64,000 bases of DNA, from the IMG/VR virus record IMGVR_UViG_3300020166_000747; one strand, given 5' to 3'. The notes under the pieces are model-generated. The model was not told where the DNA came from. It saw only the letters and a list, made by a program, of their open reading frames with translations, and made no database searches. The translations under genes and the position numbers were made by a program. Shown here piece after piece: positions 10,833 through 21,700 of the stretch; the stretch's first letter is position 1, and each line of letters starts with the position of its first letter. This DNA comes from a virus.

Positions 10833-11686
10833 AACACTGCCTTTTCGTAAGTCGCAATCTTTTCTTGTGTCATCCATTCTTTCTGTACATAGTGTACTGG
10901 AAGGTTCTGAACAAAGTTACCGATACGAACTTCAAGATTGTCTGCTAATTCACTTGGGATACTCTTTGTCCAGATGTTATCAATCTTTGCTCTTTCAATA
11001 TTCTGAACATGTGATTTCATATGAACGAATGTAGGAACATCCTTAATATCATAATCGCACACAACTTCTTCAATGTCAAGTAGTTTAATCGCAAGAGCAT
11101 ATGCCATATCAGCACTCATCCAATTCTGACCGATACCTTTAAGAAACTTATCGTAGTAAACATTCCAATGTGTCATAATAAGTTCAATCATACGGAAAAA
11201 CTCATATGCAGGTTGTGTCTTTTTAAAATACGAAAAGTTGCTGTATACGTCTGGCAGTTCTAGTTCTGTAAACTTCTTACGGTAGAAGTCATCTACTACA
11301 TCTTCGCCGCGAAATGTTTTTACGTTTGTACAACACCATACGTCTTTAGTAGCTAGATAATCCCACCAATGATCCACGCTGTGTGTAAACACCATATCAC
11401 TATCCAAGATAATCGTTTCATCAAACGGAGACATGTGAATGTACTTCCACTTATTATGAATCTTCCAATTATCTGTACCAGCATCATCATTCCAAGGAAT
11501 ATCTACAATATGGTCAAAGACTTTACGGTGTTTATCTTGTACTAAACTCTTAGTGTGTTCATCTACGCATACACAAATTGCGTTCTCTTGCTGTGTGGCT
11601 TTTAAACTAAGTGCTAGAGCATATGTCATTTCTAGGTAGTCAAACTCATTATTATTCTGAGCAATTACAATGTAACCTTTACTCAT
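10829..11686 (-). CDS. Putative glycosyltransferase (GT8-like)
   Basis: SPFDETIILDSD (DxD), ALALSLK N-terminal helix, late HMK/HY motifs. Confidence 0.7.
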   Translation of the reverse strand: MSKGYIVIAQNNNEFDYLEMTYALALSLKATQQENAICVCVDEHTKSLVQDKHRKVFDHIVDIPWNDDAGTDNWKIHNKWKYIHMSPFDETIILDSDMVFTHSVDHWWDYLATKDVWCCTNVKTFRGEDVVDDFYRKKFTELELPDVYSNFSYFKKTQPAYEFFRMIELIMTHWNVYYDKFLKGIGQNWMSADMAYALAIKLLDIEEVVCDYDIKDVPTFVHMKSHVQNIERAKIDNIWTKSIPSELADNLEVRIGNFVQNLPVHYVQKEWMTQEKIATYEKAVL

Positions 11687-12549
11687 AGTGTTTCTCCTAG
11701 TTCTAACATCATATCAACATTACGTTCAATCGCACGTTTATTCATAATATGTAAATCTGTATTAGTGAAGCGGGACAACAAGTGTTCTTCGATTGTTTCT
11801 GCTTTAGCACAATACATGATAACATCATTCGCACTATTTACCCTAAAGATATCATCTAAGTCAAACGAGTTGTTAAGATAGTCTATAGGAAGTGACGGCG
11901 CACTAAATGCTACATTTCCGTTTAACATGTGCAATGCAATTGCAAATGCAAAATCGTTTCTAAACAGATTACCAGAGCAATTGTATAGAGCATAATAGTA
12001 TTTGTAGTTGTACTTGATATGTGTGATTAGATTGAACAAGTTTTCTGCGAACTCGCTCTTTCTAAAGAAGAACACAGTCGCCCAACACATTGGAATAGTA
12101 AAATCATCAATATAGGAAACATTACCGCCATGTCTACCAGCAATGTCCCTATATTGATAATTAATCATGAAGTCATTCTCGCTTCCCCATACCTGGTCAA
12201 GTGTGTCACTCATTATAAAGTAATCACAGTCAATGACCAATGTTTCTTCATATGGTGAAAGTTCATATACTTCACTGCGTCCCATATTTTTAAAGGATGC
12301 ATACTCAGGACTGTTCGCAGTATCTTTGAACAGTCTAGTATTCTCTGGTTGAAAGTTATCTGAAATAATAGTTCTATCAAAATATTGCTTGATTAGTTCC
12401 GGATGTTCATCTGCCGAGGCGCTATCTGTAACGAGACAAATTTCGTCAAATTCACTAAGATTTTTCCTAGCATAACCAGCACTTGCACATGCAATCTTCA
12501 CATAATCAACGTAACCATTATTTCTTGCAAAAAGAATAATACCGCGCAT
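11683..12549 (-). CDS. Putative glycosyltransferase (GT8-like), paralog of the adjacent gene
   Basis: SPYEETLVIDCD (DxD), FRNDFAF, HIMNK. Confidence 0.7.
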   Translation of the reverse strand: MRGIILFARNNGYVDYVKIACASAGYARKNLSEFDEICLVTDSASADEHPELIKQYFDRTIISDNFQPENTRLFKDTANSPEYASFKNMGRSEVYELSPYEETLVIDCDYFIMSDTLDQVWGSENDFMINYQYRDIAGRHGGNVSYIDDFTIPMCWATVFFFRKSEFAENLFNLITHIKYNYKYYYALYNCSGNLFRNDFAFAIALHMLNGNVAFSAPSLPIDYLNNSFDLDDIFRVNSANDVIMYCAKAETIEEHLLSRFTNTDLHIMNKRAIERNVDMMLELGETL

Positions 12550-12929
12550 TAGATTTCAAGTACCTTTTCAATCTTGCGTGAACTACGCAATTTTTGATAG
12601 TCATTGTAGTACTCATTGATTACTTCGAAGTAAAGACTGCTAATATCTTCTAAAAACTTTTCAGTGTCATCAATTTGGATTGGAATATCATTCTTGTCCA
12701 ATAAAATTAGACTTGTCTTACCAGATACAACAGCCATATTTACAAAAGCAATAAGCTCCTGTGATACGCGGAATGTACCGCCATTAGTGCTGTGTGACAA
12801 TAGGTTTTGTGTCTTGACTTTAAGATTATTCTTAGCCAAGTTAAATGTTTGCATTGTGTTTGAAAAGTCCAGTGCTTTAGCAAGACGTTCTTGTTCAGCA
12901 CTAGAGGAATTGATAGTTTCGTTTGACAT
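12549..12929 (-). CDS. Hypothetical protein, first gene of the glycosyltransferase/radical SAM operon
   Basis: AGGAG RBS; stop overlaps the next start. Confidence 0.75.
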   Translation of the reverse strand: MSNETINSSSAEQERLAKALDFSNTMQTFNLAKNNLKVKTQNLLSHSTNGGTFRVSQELIAFVNMAVVSGKTSLILLDKNDIPIQIDDTEKFLEDISSLYFEVINEYYNDYQKLRSSRKIEKVLEI

Positions 12930-12953
12930 GGTTATTCTCCTAATATTACTTCT

Positions 12954-12989
12954 ATTATATAGAAATATTAGAGAAATGTCAAGTGTTAA
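12954..12989 (-). promoter_or_regulatory. sigma70-type promoter for the GT/radical SAM operon
   Basis: Minus strand TTAACAC-TTGACA (12982-12977), N17, TATAAT (12959-12954): perfect consensus. Confidence 0.85.
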
Positions 12990-13960
12990 AGTTCAGAAAT
13001 ATGAGAATATGTCGGAGTTGGAGTAACAACACCTAATCCAGATACATCATTATCATCTGCACGTTGTTGATCAATCGTTACAGTAAGTGTGCCTTCTGTA
13101 TAGTCAGTGCCTGTCCAAGTGCCACCACCGTCATTTGTCCATGTACCTGTATCAGATACGTGACCATCATTGTATTCAATCTTAACATCAATCGCAGAAC
13201 CATTTGTTTTCGCATACACATTAAGTTGGTTTTGTACATAATCACCAATGCCACCTTTTGTATACACAAGCGCATATGTTGCAGTTAGACCAGTAAATCC
13301 TACACCCGGAGTACCAACACTTGCTGAACTTTCTGTAGAATTATTTGATAATTTAACAGTTGCAATATCTGTTAATAAATCCGCCCATGCATCACTTTGT
13401 GCATGTGATATATCATAACCTGTTAATTCAGTTGATATACGAATTTCACCACCTGAGTTAAAGAAGTTACGCATTGCATCTGTATCTGAGAATGTAGTTT
13501 TGAATTCGTAATTTTGTGGGTTATTTGAATTATCCCAATGATTACCTGTTGATCCAGGATCTACGAATGTCTTTGATGACGAAATTTTGTTTGTCTCAAG
13601 CGTCATCAAAGAGATGTCGTAGTTTAGTTTATTAGCACGAACACTAGTAATATCATTTTCTAGGTCTGGAATTAACTGAATGATTTTGTTTGGTGCTGGG
13701 AAATCTGAGTCACTAGTACTAGCCGGAATATTAATAGCTGTTGATTGGTGTTGAGCGGCGAACTTAATAGATGTTAATAGTTCATCCCAATTCGCCGCCC
13801 GTACTTTTGAACCAGCGGTCACAAGAGTTACCAGTAGCTGTGATTGGCCATAACCCGAATCACCTGCCCCTAATCCAACAATCTCATTAATATCATTTGC
13901 GAAACCGTTGAAATCAGATGCCCTGATTTTGCCTCCCAGATAGTAACTTTGTGGTGCCAT
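12986..13960 (-). CDS. Virion structural protein (baseplate/short-fibre associated, putative)
   Basis: Ser/Thr/Gly-rich; shares GYGQ, FF..GGEIR.S and W..L motifs with 13985..14902; lies at the end of the baseplate operon. Confidence 0.6.
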   Translation of the reverse strand: MAPQSYYLGGKIRASDFNGFANDINEIVGLGAGDSGYGQSQLLVTLVTAGSKVRAANWDELLTSIKFAAQHQSTAINIPASTSDSDFPAPNKIIQLIPDLENDITSVRANKLNYDISLMTLETNKISSSKTFVDPGSTGNHWDNSNNPQNYEFKTTFSDTDAMRNFFNSGGEIRISTELTGYDISHAQSDAWADLLTDIATVKLSNNSTESSASVGTPGVGFTGLTATYALVYTKGGIGDYVQNQLNVYAKTNGSAIDVKIEYNDGHVSDTGTWTNDGGGTWTGTDYTEGTLTVTIDQQRADDNDVSGLGVVTPTPTYSHISEL

Positions 13961-13984
13961 TTAATTTGTCCTCAGTGTATTATT

Positions 13985-14902
13985 TTATAATGTATTTGTT
14001 ACTGTACATGTTGGGTTAGTCAATACCACCGAACCACTTGCATTCGATAATTTTAGTGAAGAAACATTTACAGTTGATGTACCTGCCACGCTATCTGCAC
14101 CAGTCCAAGACCAAGCACCGCCATAACCAGAGCCTGAACCAGTACGTGCAACGTGTGCGTCTACTAGACGTACTGTGATGTAAAGGTCTGAACCAGAAAT
14201 GTAAGCTGAAATGTCTGCATAGTTTGATGAATAATCACCGTCGTCTGCATACTCACGTTTTACATAAGCGTTTGATGATGTTAAGTCTGAGTACTTCTTA
14301 CGTGTTGATGTATCAATGTTAGTTGAATCTGTCGCACGAACCGAGAAACGATATGTTCCCATTTCACCTGTAAGTTGTTCCCATGAAGTGCCTTGTTGGT
14401 TACCTGTTGGATCATCGTGTGACATTGAAACGCGAATTTCACCGCCAGCAGCGAACCAGGCATGCATATTAGTTGTTGAACCGAAAGCTACTTTCGTTAC
14501 TGTATCACGTGTGCCGTTCCAGTTTGAAACAGTTTGCGTTGTTTCTGTTGCAGTTGTTGTGTCCCAACCTGATGAATAGCTCCATGGTGAGTTGAAACGT
14601 GTGTTAATATCGCTTTCAAATGTTGCCGCGGCGCCCGCATAGTGTGACCATGCAACGACTGTGCCTGCATTTACTGCTGTAAATGGGTTTGTAATATTAT
14701 AATAGTTTGAAATTTTTGCTGCTGCCGAGTAAAGTGAATCGAAGTATGCATCATCGATTAAATCACCTGTACTTGGGTTAGCAGCAATTGTGTGACCTTG
14801 GTTGTAACCACCTGCTACACCTGTTCCGTTAAGAATAGTGTTCATTTTGGTACGTAGGCTTGCAAATGGGTCATTTGCATTAATTGTATCTCCTACAGCC
14901 AT
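13985..14902 (-). CDS. Virion structural protein, paralog of 12986..13960
   Basis: GYNQ, WFAAGGEIRVS, WSWTGAD; AGGAG RBS. Confidence 0.6.
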   Translation of the reverse strand: MAVGDTINANDPFASLRTKMNTILNGTGVAGGYNQGHTIAANPSTGDLIDDAYFDSLYSAAAKISNYYNITNPFTAVNAGTVVAWSHYAGAAATFESDINTRFNSPWSYSSGWDTTTATETTQTVSNWNGTRDTVTKVAFGSTTNMHAWFAAGGEIRVSMSHDDPTGNQQGTSWEQLTGEMGTYRFSVRATDSTNIDTSTRKKYSDLTSSNAYVKREYADDGDYSSNYADISAYISGSDLYITVRLVDAHVARTGSGSGYGGAWSWTGADSVAGTSTVNVSSLKLSNASGSVVLTNPTCTVTNTL

Positions 14903-14979
14903 ATTTTTGCTCCTAAGTTGACTAGTCGTTTAGTTGGCTTACGCCTTTAAAAACCAAGAAAGATTTTCCGGATTCTTTC

Positions 14980-15642
14980 TTAATTAATTTGTATTGTAAC
15001 CGTATAATCGATTACGATTGTTCTATTCGCCGATAGTAACACTGGATGGAAAGTCACATGTGTTAGCATCAATGTTTTATCCTCGTCCAAATCCGACCAA
15101 TCGTTTGTATCAGTAATCAAATTGCCAGATAGTAGTGCAATTTCATCAAACGTGAAAGTCTTTGATACTGTTGAATCGTTTTCTGGAACTGTTTCGTTAT
15201 TCATATCAGCATATTGCTGATGATCCATTTCTACTCTAAAATTAATCTTTGATGTATTATCAGGAACAATTTCGCCCTCTCCCATGTCTTGACCTGGGAA
15301 GTAGACTGTGTTCTCTGTTCTTTGTTGATACTTTTTAGCGTATAATGTTGAATTACTTGAAGTGATAGGTAGTTGGTCGTAAATACCAAATACTCTAGGA
15401 GAGCGATATGAAAGTGTTGTAGTTGAACTACTACCACCGTTACCGAATGCCATCCAATTTACAAAAGGTGCAGTGCCGCCAGTATTCACATCAACTGCGG
15501 ATCCCGCTAATGCACTTGCAAGTACATATGCCATATTACCTGGGTGAATGGCATTTCTCTTTTGTACAAGAATGTCACCACTATCTTTATCAAAGATTTT
15601 AAGTGTGCCGATAACTTGTGATTTAATATCTTCGTTAAACAT
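14980..15642 (-). CDS. Putative baseplate/tail-associated structural protein
   Basis: Start MFNEDIK with AGAGAG RBS; motifs KRNAIH, FDEIAL, LTHVTFHP...IDYT; preceded by a late promoter. Confidence 0.55.
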   Translation of the reverse strand: MFNEDIKSQVIGTLKIFDKDSGDILVQKRNAIHPGNMAYVLASALAGSAVDVNTGGTAPFVNWMAFGNGGSSSTTTLSYRSPRVFGIYDQLPITSSNSTLYAKKYQQRTENTVYFPGQDMGEGEIVPDNTSKINFRVEMDHQQYADMNNETVPENDSTVSKTFTFDEIALLSGNLITDTNDWSDLDEDKTLMLTHVTFHPVLLSANRTIVIDYTVTIQIN

Positions 15643-15670
15643 TCGTATCTCTCTTTTCAAATTCTAAGTA

Positions 15671-15678
15671 TATTTATC
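15671..15678 (-). promoter_or_regulatory. Late (gp55-type) promoter GATAAATA
   Basis: Matches the T4 late TATAAATA core, in the intergenic gap. Confidence 0.6.
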
Positions 15679-15700
15679 ATTTTAACTGATATGTCTTTTA

Positions 15701-18700
15701 TTATGTGTCCTCATGAGAATAAATCTGATCAGGTGCCCCCAATACATAAATTGTATTGCCATTATCTACACTTGTAGCAACGCCATTGTACACCCCACGC
15801 TCTGAAATTCTCAGATTATTTGTAGATTTGCTATCATACACCATAAACTCTACGTTTCCATTTGCATCCTCGACGGCAACTAAACGTATAGTTTTAGATT
15901 TTGCCGCTTTGAATTTAGATGCTTGGTTAACAACTAGAGTTTCGCCATCGAATGATGAAATTGTACCACTGTCTGTTACAGGAATATGATATCCTCTTCC
16001 AAATTTATCATACACGTAAAACTCTTTTCTGTCAAGTGTCGTCCTTGTCTCATCTGTAAATGTATCTACTGTTACGATTGAAGCGTCTCTCGCTGATGCA
16101 CTAAATTCACCAGTATCAAATCCATCTGCACTGTATGTATATCCAATATCATTGCGTAGGAACTTACCACCCAGATACTCGCCGTCTACCAGTGGTTCAA
16201 ATAAACTTGTATCTGTTACTTCTTCATCGCCGCCATCGATCCCATTAAGTTCAAATCTACTATGTTCACCAAAGTATTTTGTAATATGCATGTGATGCAA
16301 TGCATCAACTGTCAGGTCTGCTGTTTCATCTGTAGGATAGATACGTTCTGTTGTTCTAATCTTTGTGTGATATGGTTTTGTTTCCATAACATAATCGATT
16401 GTATCCTGATATGTATCACGCTGATAGATAGCATATTGACGTAATGGTTTATTAAACATTGTCAAGTCGATATAACTAGTCTTGAATATCCATTCCGGAT
16501 GTGTTCTTTCTGTGTACATATATTCAATCATATCAAAGAATATTGTTTTAATTTCAGAAACTTCTGCATACTTATAAATCATATTCATTAGTTCATGCAA
16601 TTGTACACTAAGCTGATTAGCAGTTAGACGCACAGTTTCTGGAACTGTTAACTCTGTAATACTGAAATCTAAATCAAGAACTGAATTAGTTTTGTGTACT
16701 AATCTAATCTCGCCGTTGACTGGGAAATAGTACTCATCGCCATCTGGTAGTTCAACTTTGAATGATGATACTCCGCTGTTATGTAACGCAATCATGTCGA
16801 TGTTACGAGTACGTGATAGATATTCAAATGTATCTATAGTTTCGTATTCTTCTGCATGATACCAATTAGTTGTTGCAAATACGCCGTGATTTAATGCAAT
16901 GTAGTCGTTGTACATTGGGAAGTCAGTTGCAATCATTCTCTTGGACAGTGTAGAAAGAACAGTACTTGCAAAGTTATCTCTAGCGTCTGTGATATTTGCA
17001 AACCAACTATCGTATTCAGAAACATGATACACACGTACCACGTCATCTTCTAGTATATCTACTGCTGAAAGTATTGTCACTTCATCAACGTTAATAACGA
17101 AATCATTATTTGATACGATTACATTATTGACGGTGACTACGATATCATTATGTGTCAGTGAATTGTCACCAATCCAATCATATGAGAATGCCACACCAGT
17201 AGAAGTTATATCTGTCGCAGATACTTCAAACTGTTCATAGTGAGAAATTTCACTATTCGCAATAGAATTCTTAAAGTCTTGTAAGAATATATCTTCTAAT
17301 GGTGCGCTTGATTTACGAGAAACTAGTTCCCAATCAGTGTGATGTGTTTCTCTATTATCATCTACATTATACTCAATTGAATATGTAATCGTATCTGATG
17401 TTAATATATTCGCATTATTAGAAACGATAACAGTGTCACCATCTACTGGGAAGAATTTGTTTACAGTTGTTGGCGAAGCAATCATCATTGAAATTTCTTC
17501 AACTGAGAACTCTTTTGCATATCTTGCTTCATCGCCAGTTGCAATCCAGTAGTAATACTTCGTTACAGTTTTATTTTTGATGCTATCAAAATATGTTTCT
17601 GTATTGAATTGTGAAACTCCGTCTGGGAGTTTTTCACTTGTTACCCACTGCTTCACTACTACTTCTGATCCTGGCACAATCTTGCCCCAGAAACGTTTTG
17701 CATAATCAATATCGATGTTGCCATTTGCATCACCATAATCGTCATATCTATAATAACGTGTTAGATTAGTATCCCACCAGATTTTACCCAACGATTGTGA
17801 TAACCATAAATCACTATTCAGTGTAACATCATATTTTGCAGGGTCATTCCAGTCTACATAGTCAATATCTTTAGCAATTGACCCTGCAATCTTAAAGTTG
17901 ATTGGATCAAACAATTGATAATCATAGAACTCGTCACCAGATTTTGCAACTATGCGATTTACGTAGTCTGTATTTACTGGCTTAGCACGTCTATTTAAAA
18001 TATGAAGTGTACCATATTCATTACGGTTTAGAACTGCCCAACCAGAATTTAAATATTCGTCTGCCCAAATTAAACTTGTATAGTTTAGTCCAAGTTCTGC
18101 ATAGAACTCATCGAAATCATCACCATTGTATCTAGGAGTAAAGCGAACAGACTTCCAGCGCATAACTTTGAAGTCTGCGTTACTGGTAACACTTGTATAT
18201 TCATTTGATAATCCAATCTTATCAAGCATCGCTTGCGTTGTACCAGAGAATGTCATTGTGTTATTTTCACTTGTGAAAATCATTCTACCGTCACTTGAAA
18301 TATTAACTGTAACATTATCAGACGCATCGTTGATTTGTTCTTGGAACTCTGCTGCGCTAGAACTTAATGTATTTGTATTGCTATAAGTTCCTACTGCTAT
18401 TCCTAAATCATTCCACGCATTACCAGTGATATCACTTAGAACGATACTACTCTCATCACTTGCGATTAGAACACGTCTGTCAAATTCTTGTGCTGATGTT
18501 CCCAACAAGTCACTTAGTGCTGAATTCAAGTCTGTAATAATACTATCAATAGAATTAACTTCTACTGATGTTTGTGAAAATCCAATACGCAACATCGATC
18601 CTGGCGTAGACACATTTTCTTCAATAATTATGTTAGCTGAATTTGAAGATATTTTTAATCTACCAACTGATACTGACGCACTAATGTTAGGAATGTTAAG

Positions 18701-21700
18701 TGAATTTATCTGCTGTGCAACACTAGACGCCGTTGGGTTAGAATTAGTCTCAAATGTATTTGATGGGAATCCCAAGTCATTAAACGCTGAACCAGATAAC
18801 GTAAGTTCATCTTCGTCTGTTTCAATAATTAATATATCACCCGATATGTATGAATCTAAGTATGTTAATGAATTTAAGTCATCGGCTAAATTTGCAAGTT
18901 TACTCTCAATGATAGAACTAGAACCAAAGCCAATGTCAAGTAATGCATTACCTGTCATCGTAAGCTGTGCTGTAGAACTAATAAGCATAACAAAATTAGA
19001 AACGTCAATTGAAGCAGTTACTGGTGCGCCGGTTGAATTTATTTCATCAATGATATCCTGGGTACTTAAAAACTGTGCTACTGGTTGTGCTACAAGTTCA
19101 ACTGTTATATCCACAAGACCATCTTGGTCTACATCAGGAGTTAACGGATCACCGTCATCATCTACTTGTCCATCTGCGATGGGAGTATTGAATGTAATTA
19201 CATCGTTTGCGTATGTGTATGCACTAGTGGTTAATACGTATGGCGTATCTACTCCGTTGTCTACTGTAATATCACCCGGTAAAAAGTTAGTCATATCAGT
19301 TGTAAGGGTTATACTACTAACATCGGTTGCGACCCCTGTTTGTATTTCCTCACTATCCGAACCAGTTACTGGTCCAGGTACAGTAAAAGTAACTGTTACA
19401 CCATTAATTCTAATAGATTTCGTTTCCGTAATTGTAGGATATTCAATAGAACCAACAACTTCGATATCTCTAATCGTAACATTATCATTATTTCCATTAG
19501 AATCTATAACTAAAGTCTCACCAGTGGTTAAATCTGTTGTTACCGTTGCAGTACTTTCTGCACGTATACTTTGAGTAGCACTGTAGTCGATGGTAATTGT
19601 TTCGCCATTAATATCAATCTTATCACCTGCTAAACTCGTTACAGTCTGTGTTGCTGTTGCATTAGTTCCGCTAAATGTCACAAGTGTATTTGTATTTGCA
19701 ATTAGACCATCATCTCCGTACACAACGATACGAACTTGTTCGCCTTCACTTACAATTGGGTCTGCTGTAGCAGTACTACCACCAATAGATATACCTGTAC
19801 TTGTTCCACCTGTTCCTGGCACATATGTAAATATTTCGCCGTCGATAACAAGAGTATCACCAGAAAGAATAGTAGGGTTAGAAACATAACTGATCGCTTC
19901 AACTCCGATTGTCCCGGATGTTGGAATATAAACTGAGTTATCTGTTGTTGTGTCAATCTCAACAACAAGCGGTTCATATGTCTGGTCGAACACTAAGTAT
20001 TCGTAAACATTAACACCGTTTGATATACGTGTTCCATCACTCACAAGATAATAGTTACCTTGGATTTCTGGGTCTACGTTGCCATTAATGATTTTAAGAT
20101 AAACTGTTTCACTTGTACTAACTTCATTTGTTAGCGCAACTTTCAATTGACCATCAGATGTTTCGCTAATAAAGTTAATTTCAGCAACTTCACTAAGTCT
20201 CTTAACATCCCAATCACGTTCTTCATCAAATCTTACCCATGCAAGGTCACCTTCATAGTATGGAAGTGTAGAAGTTTCCAGTGTATCTGAATCTTGCACA
20301 ACATAATTTACGTCTGATGGGTCAACATAACCAGCAGTTTTGATTGCTACTCGTTTACCAAACTCAACTGTTGGCATTTTATTATCCATATTAAAGTGGA
20401 CAACATGTGGGTCGCTTACGATATCAATTGTATTGACAGTAGAAGAAACTGATAGATTATTATCAAGTTTACCATAGTCAGCAATCTTAATAGCCCATAT
20501 ATCACGGTGCTTCAAGTCTTCAAAGTTGGAATTGAAGTTAATAATTCTATTGATACTTGAAACTGTAGATTTACCAGCTAAGAACCCTTTGTAGAATTCT
20601 AACTGAGACTCACGCTCTACACCATGATTAGTAAGATATGTTCTTGGCGAATATCCAATTTGATTTGATTTTAGGTTGTTGATGTTCTTTAGACTTTGGT
20701 CTACGATTGTATCTCTGTAGTAACGTGTCTCACCTACCATTGTTTCTAAGTTAGGAACAAGTTCATTCTCATACACAATGTAACCATCTGCTGCAAGTGT
20801 GCCGTCCCAATCTGTTGTTCTGTTACAATCTACAATCATACGTAGGTTTCTGTTATGTGAGAATGGATCGTAAATTACATCACCGTAACTGTCTACTCTA
20901 TCAACAACAAATGCTTGTTCAATATCTGCTACATCAAGTTTAATACCGTAAACTGGTGTCGTACTTTCCCAAGTAATCTTTGAACCATCTGAATTAAATT
21001 TAATGTCTGTGTCTGGAAGTTGTCTACCATTTTCATCTACTACACGATAGTAGTTCTTATTTGTTTCTCTACCTACAGTTGCAACACCGTAAGGAGCTTC
21101 AAATGAACCGCTTAATAATATCGGAGTTAGCGTAATGAAATCGCCTGGTTGATGTACTTCTGCACTCCAGTCTAAGAATTTTTCTAACAGTCTTTCAAAG
21201 TCAACAACACGATTGTCTTCATCTACATCCGTAAAGTCCCAACCGATTGCTTTAAGATACGCTTGATATCCTACCATTAAATGTGCTACTTCATCACGTG
21301 TACTAAGAATGTCACCGTAGTTATAAGTTTTAATTTGGTCAAGTAAAGTTTCACGATAGCCATTAGCTTCTACTTTGTTTACTCTAGGCCATTCTGGAAG
21401 TAGCTTCCAGTTTTTAATATCATTGTCGAATAGTGAACTAGCTGTGTGATTTAATAATGAAACATACGGCTTATTATTGTAAACTGTATAACTATCTTGT
21501 CTGTAGTACTCGCCACTCGTCCAAACATTAATATTAGCTTGATCTCCATCTGTTGACCATACTTTTCTCTTGCTGGTCTTATCCCAATCTAAAGTAAAGA
21601 ACATCGGATTGTAATCATCATAACCGTGAATACGATAGCCAAATTCACGTGTCTTAGGCTGTGATATCAACGTCCACATCGCATAATCAAACTTTATTGA

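Noticed and set aside
1099-12929. RiPP (peptide natural product) cluster interpretation of the radical SAM array
   Set aside because: Genes abut with no room for a precursor ORF, and no RRE, peptidase or transporter is evident. Not excluded if a precursor lies outside the window.
18426-19574. 382-aa plus-strand ORF and other antisense ORFs (e.g. 46638..47171, 51220..51687, 52807..53316, 63207..63653)
   Set aside because: Shadows of real genes produced by codon bias or repeats; no motifs or expression signals.
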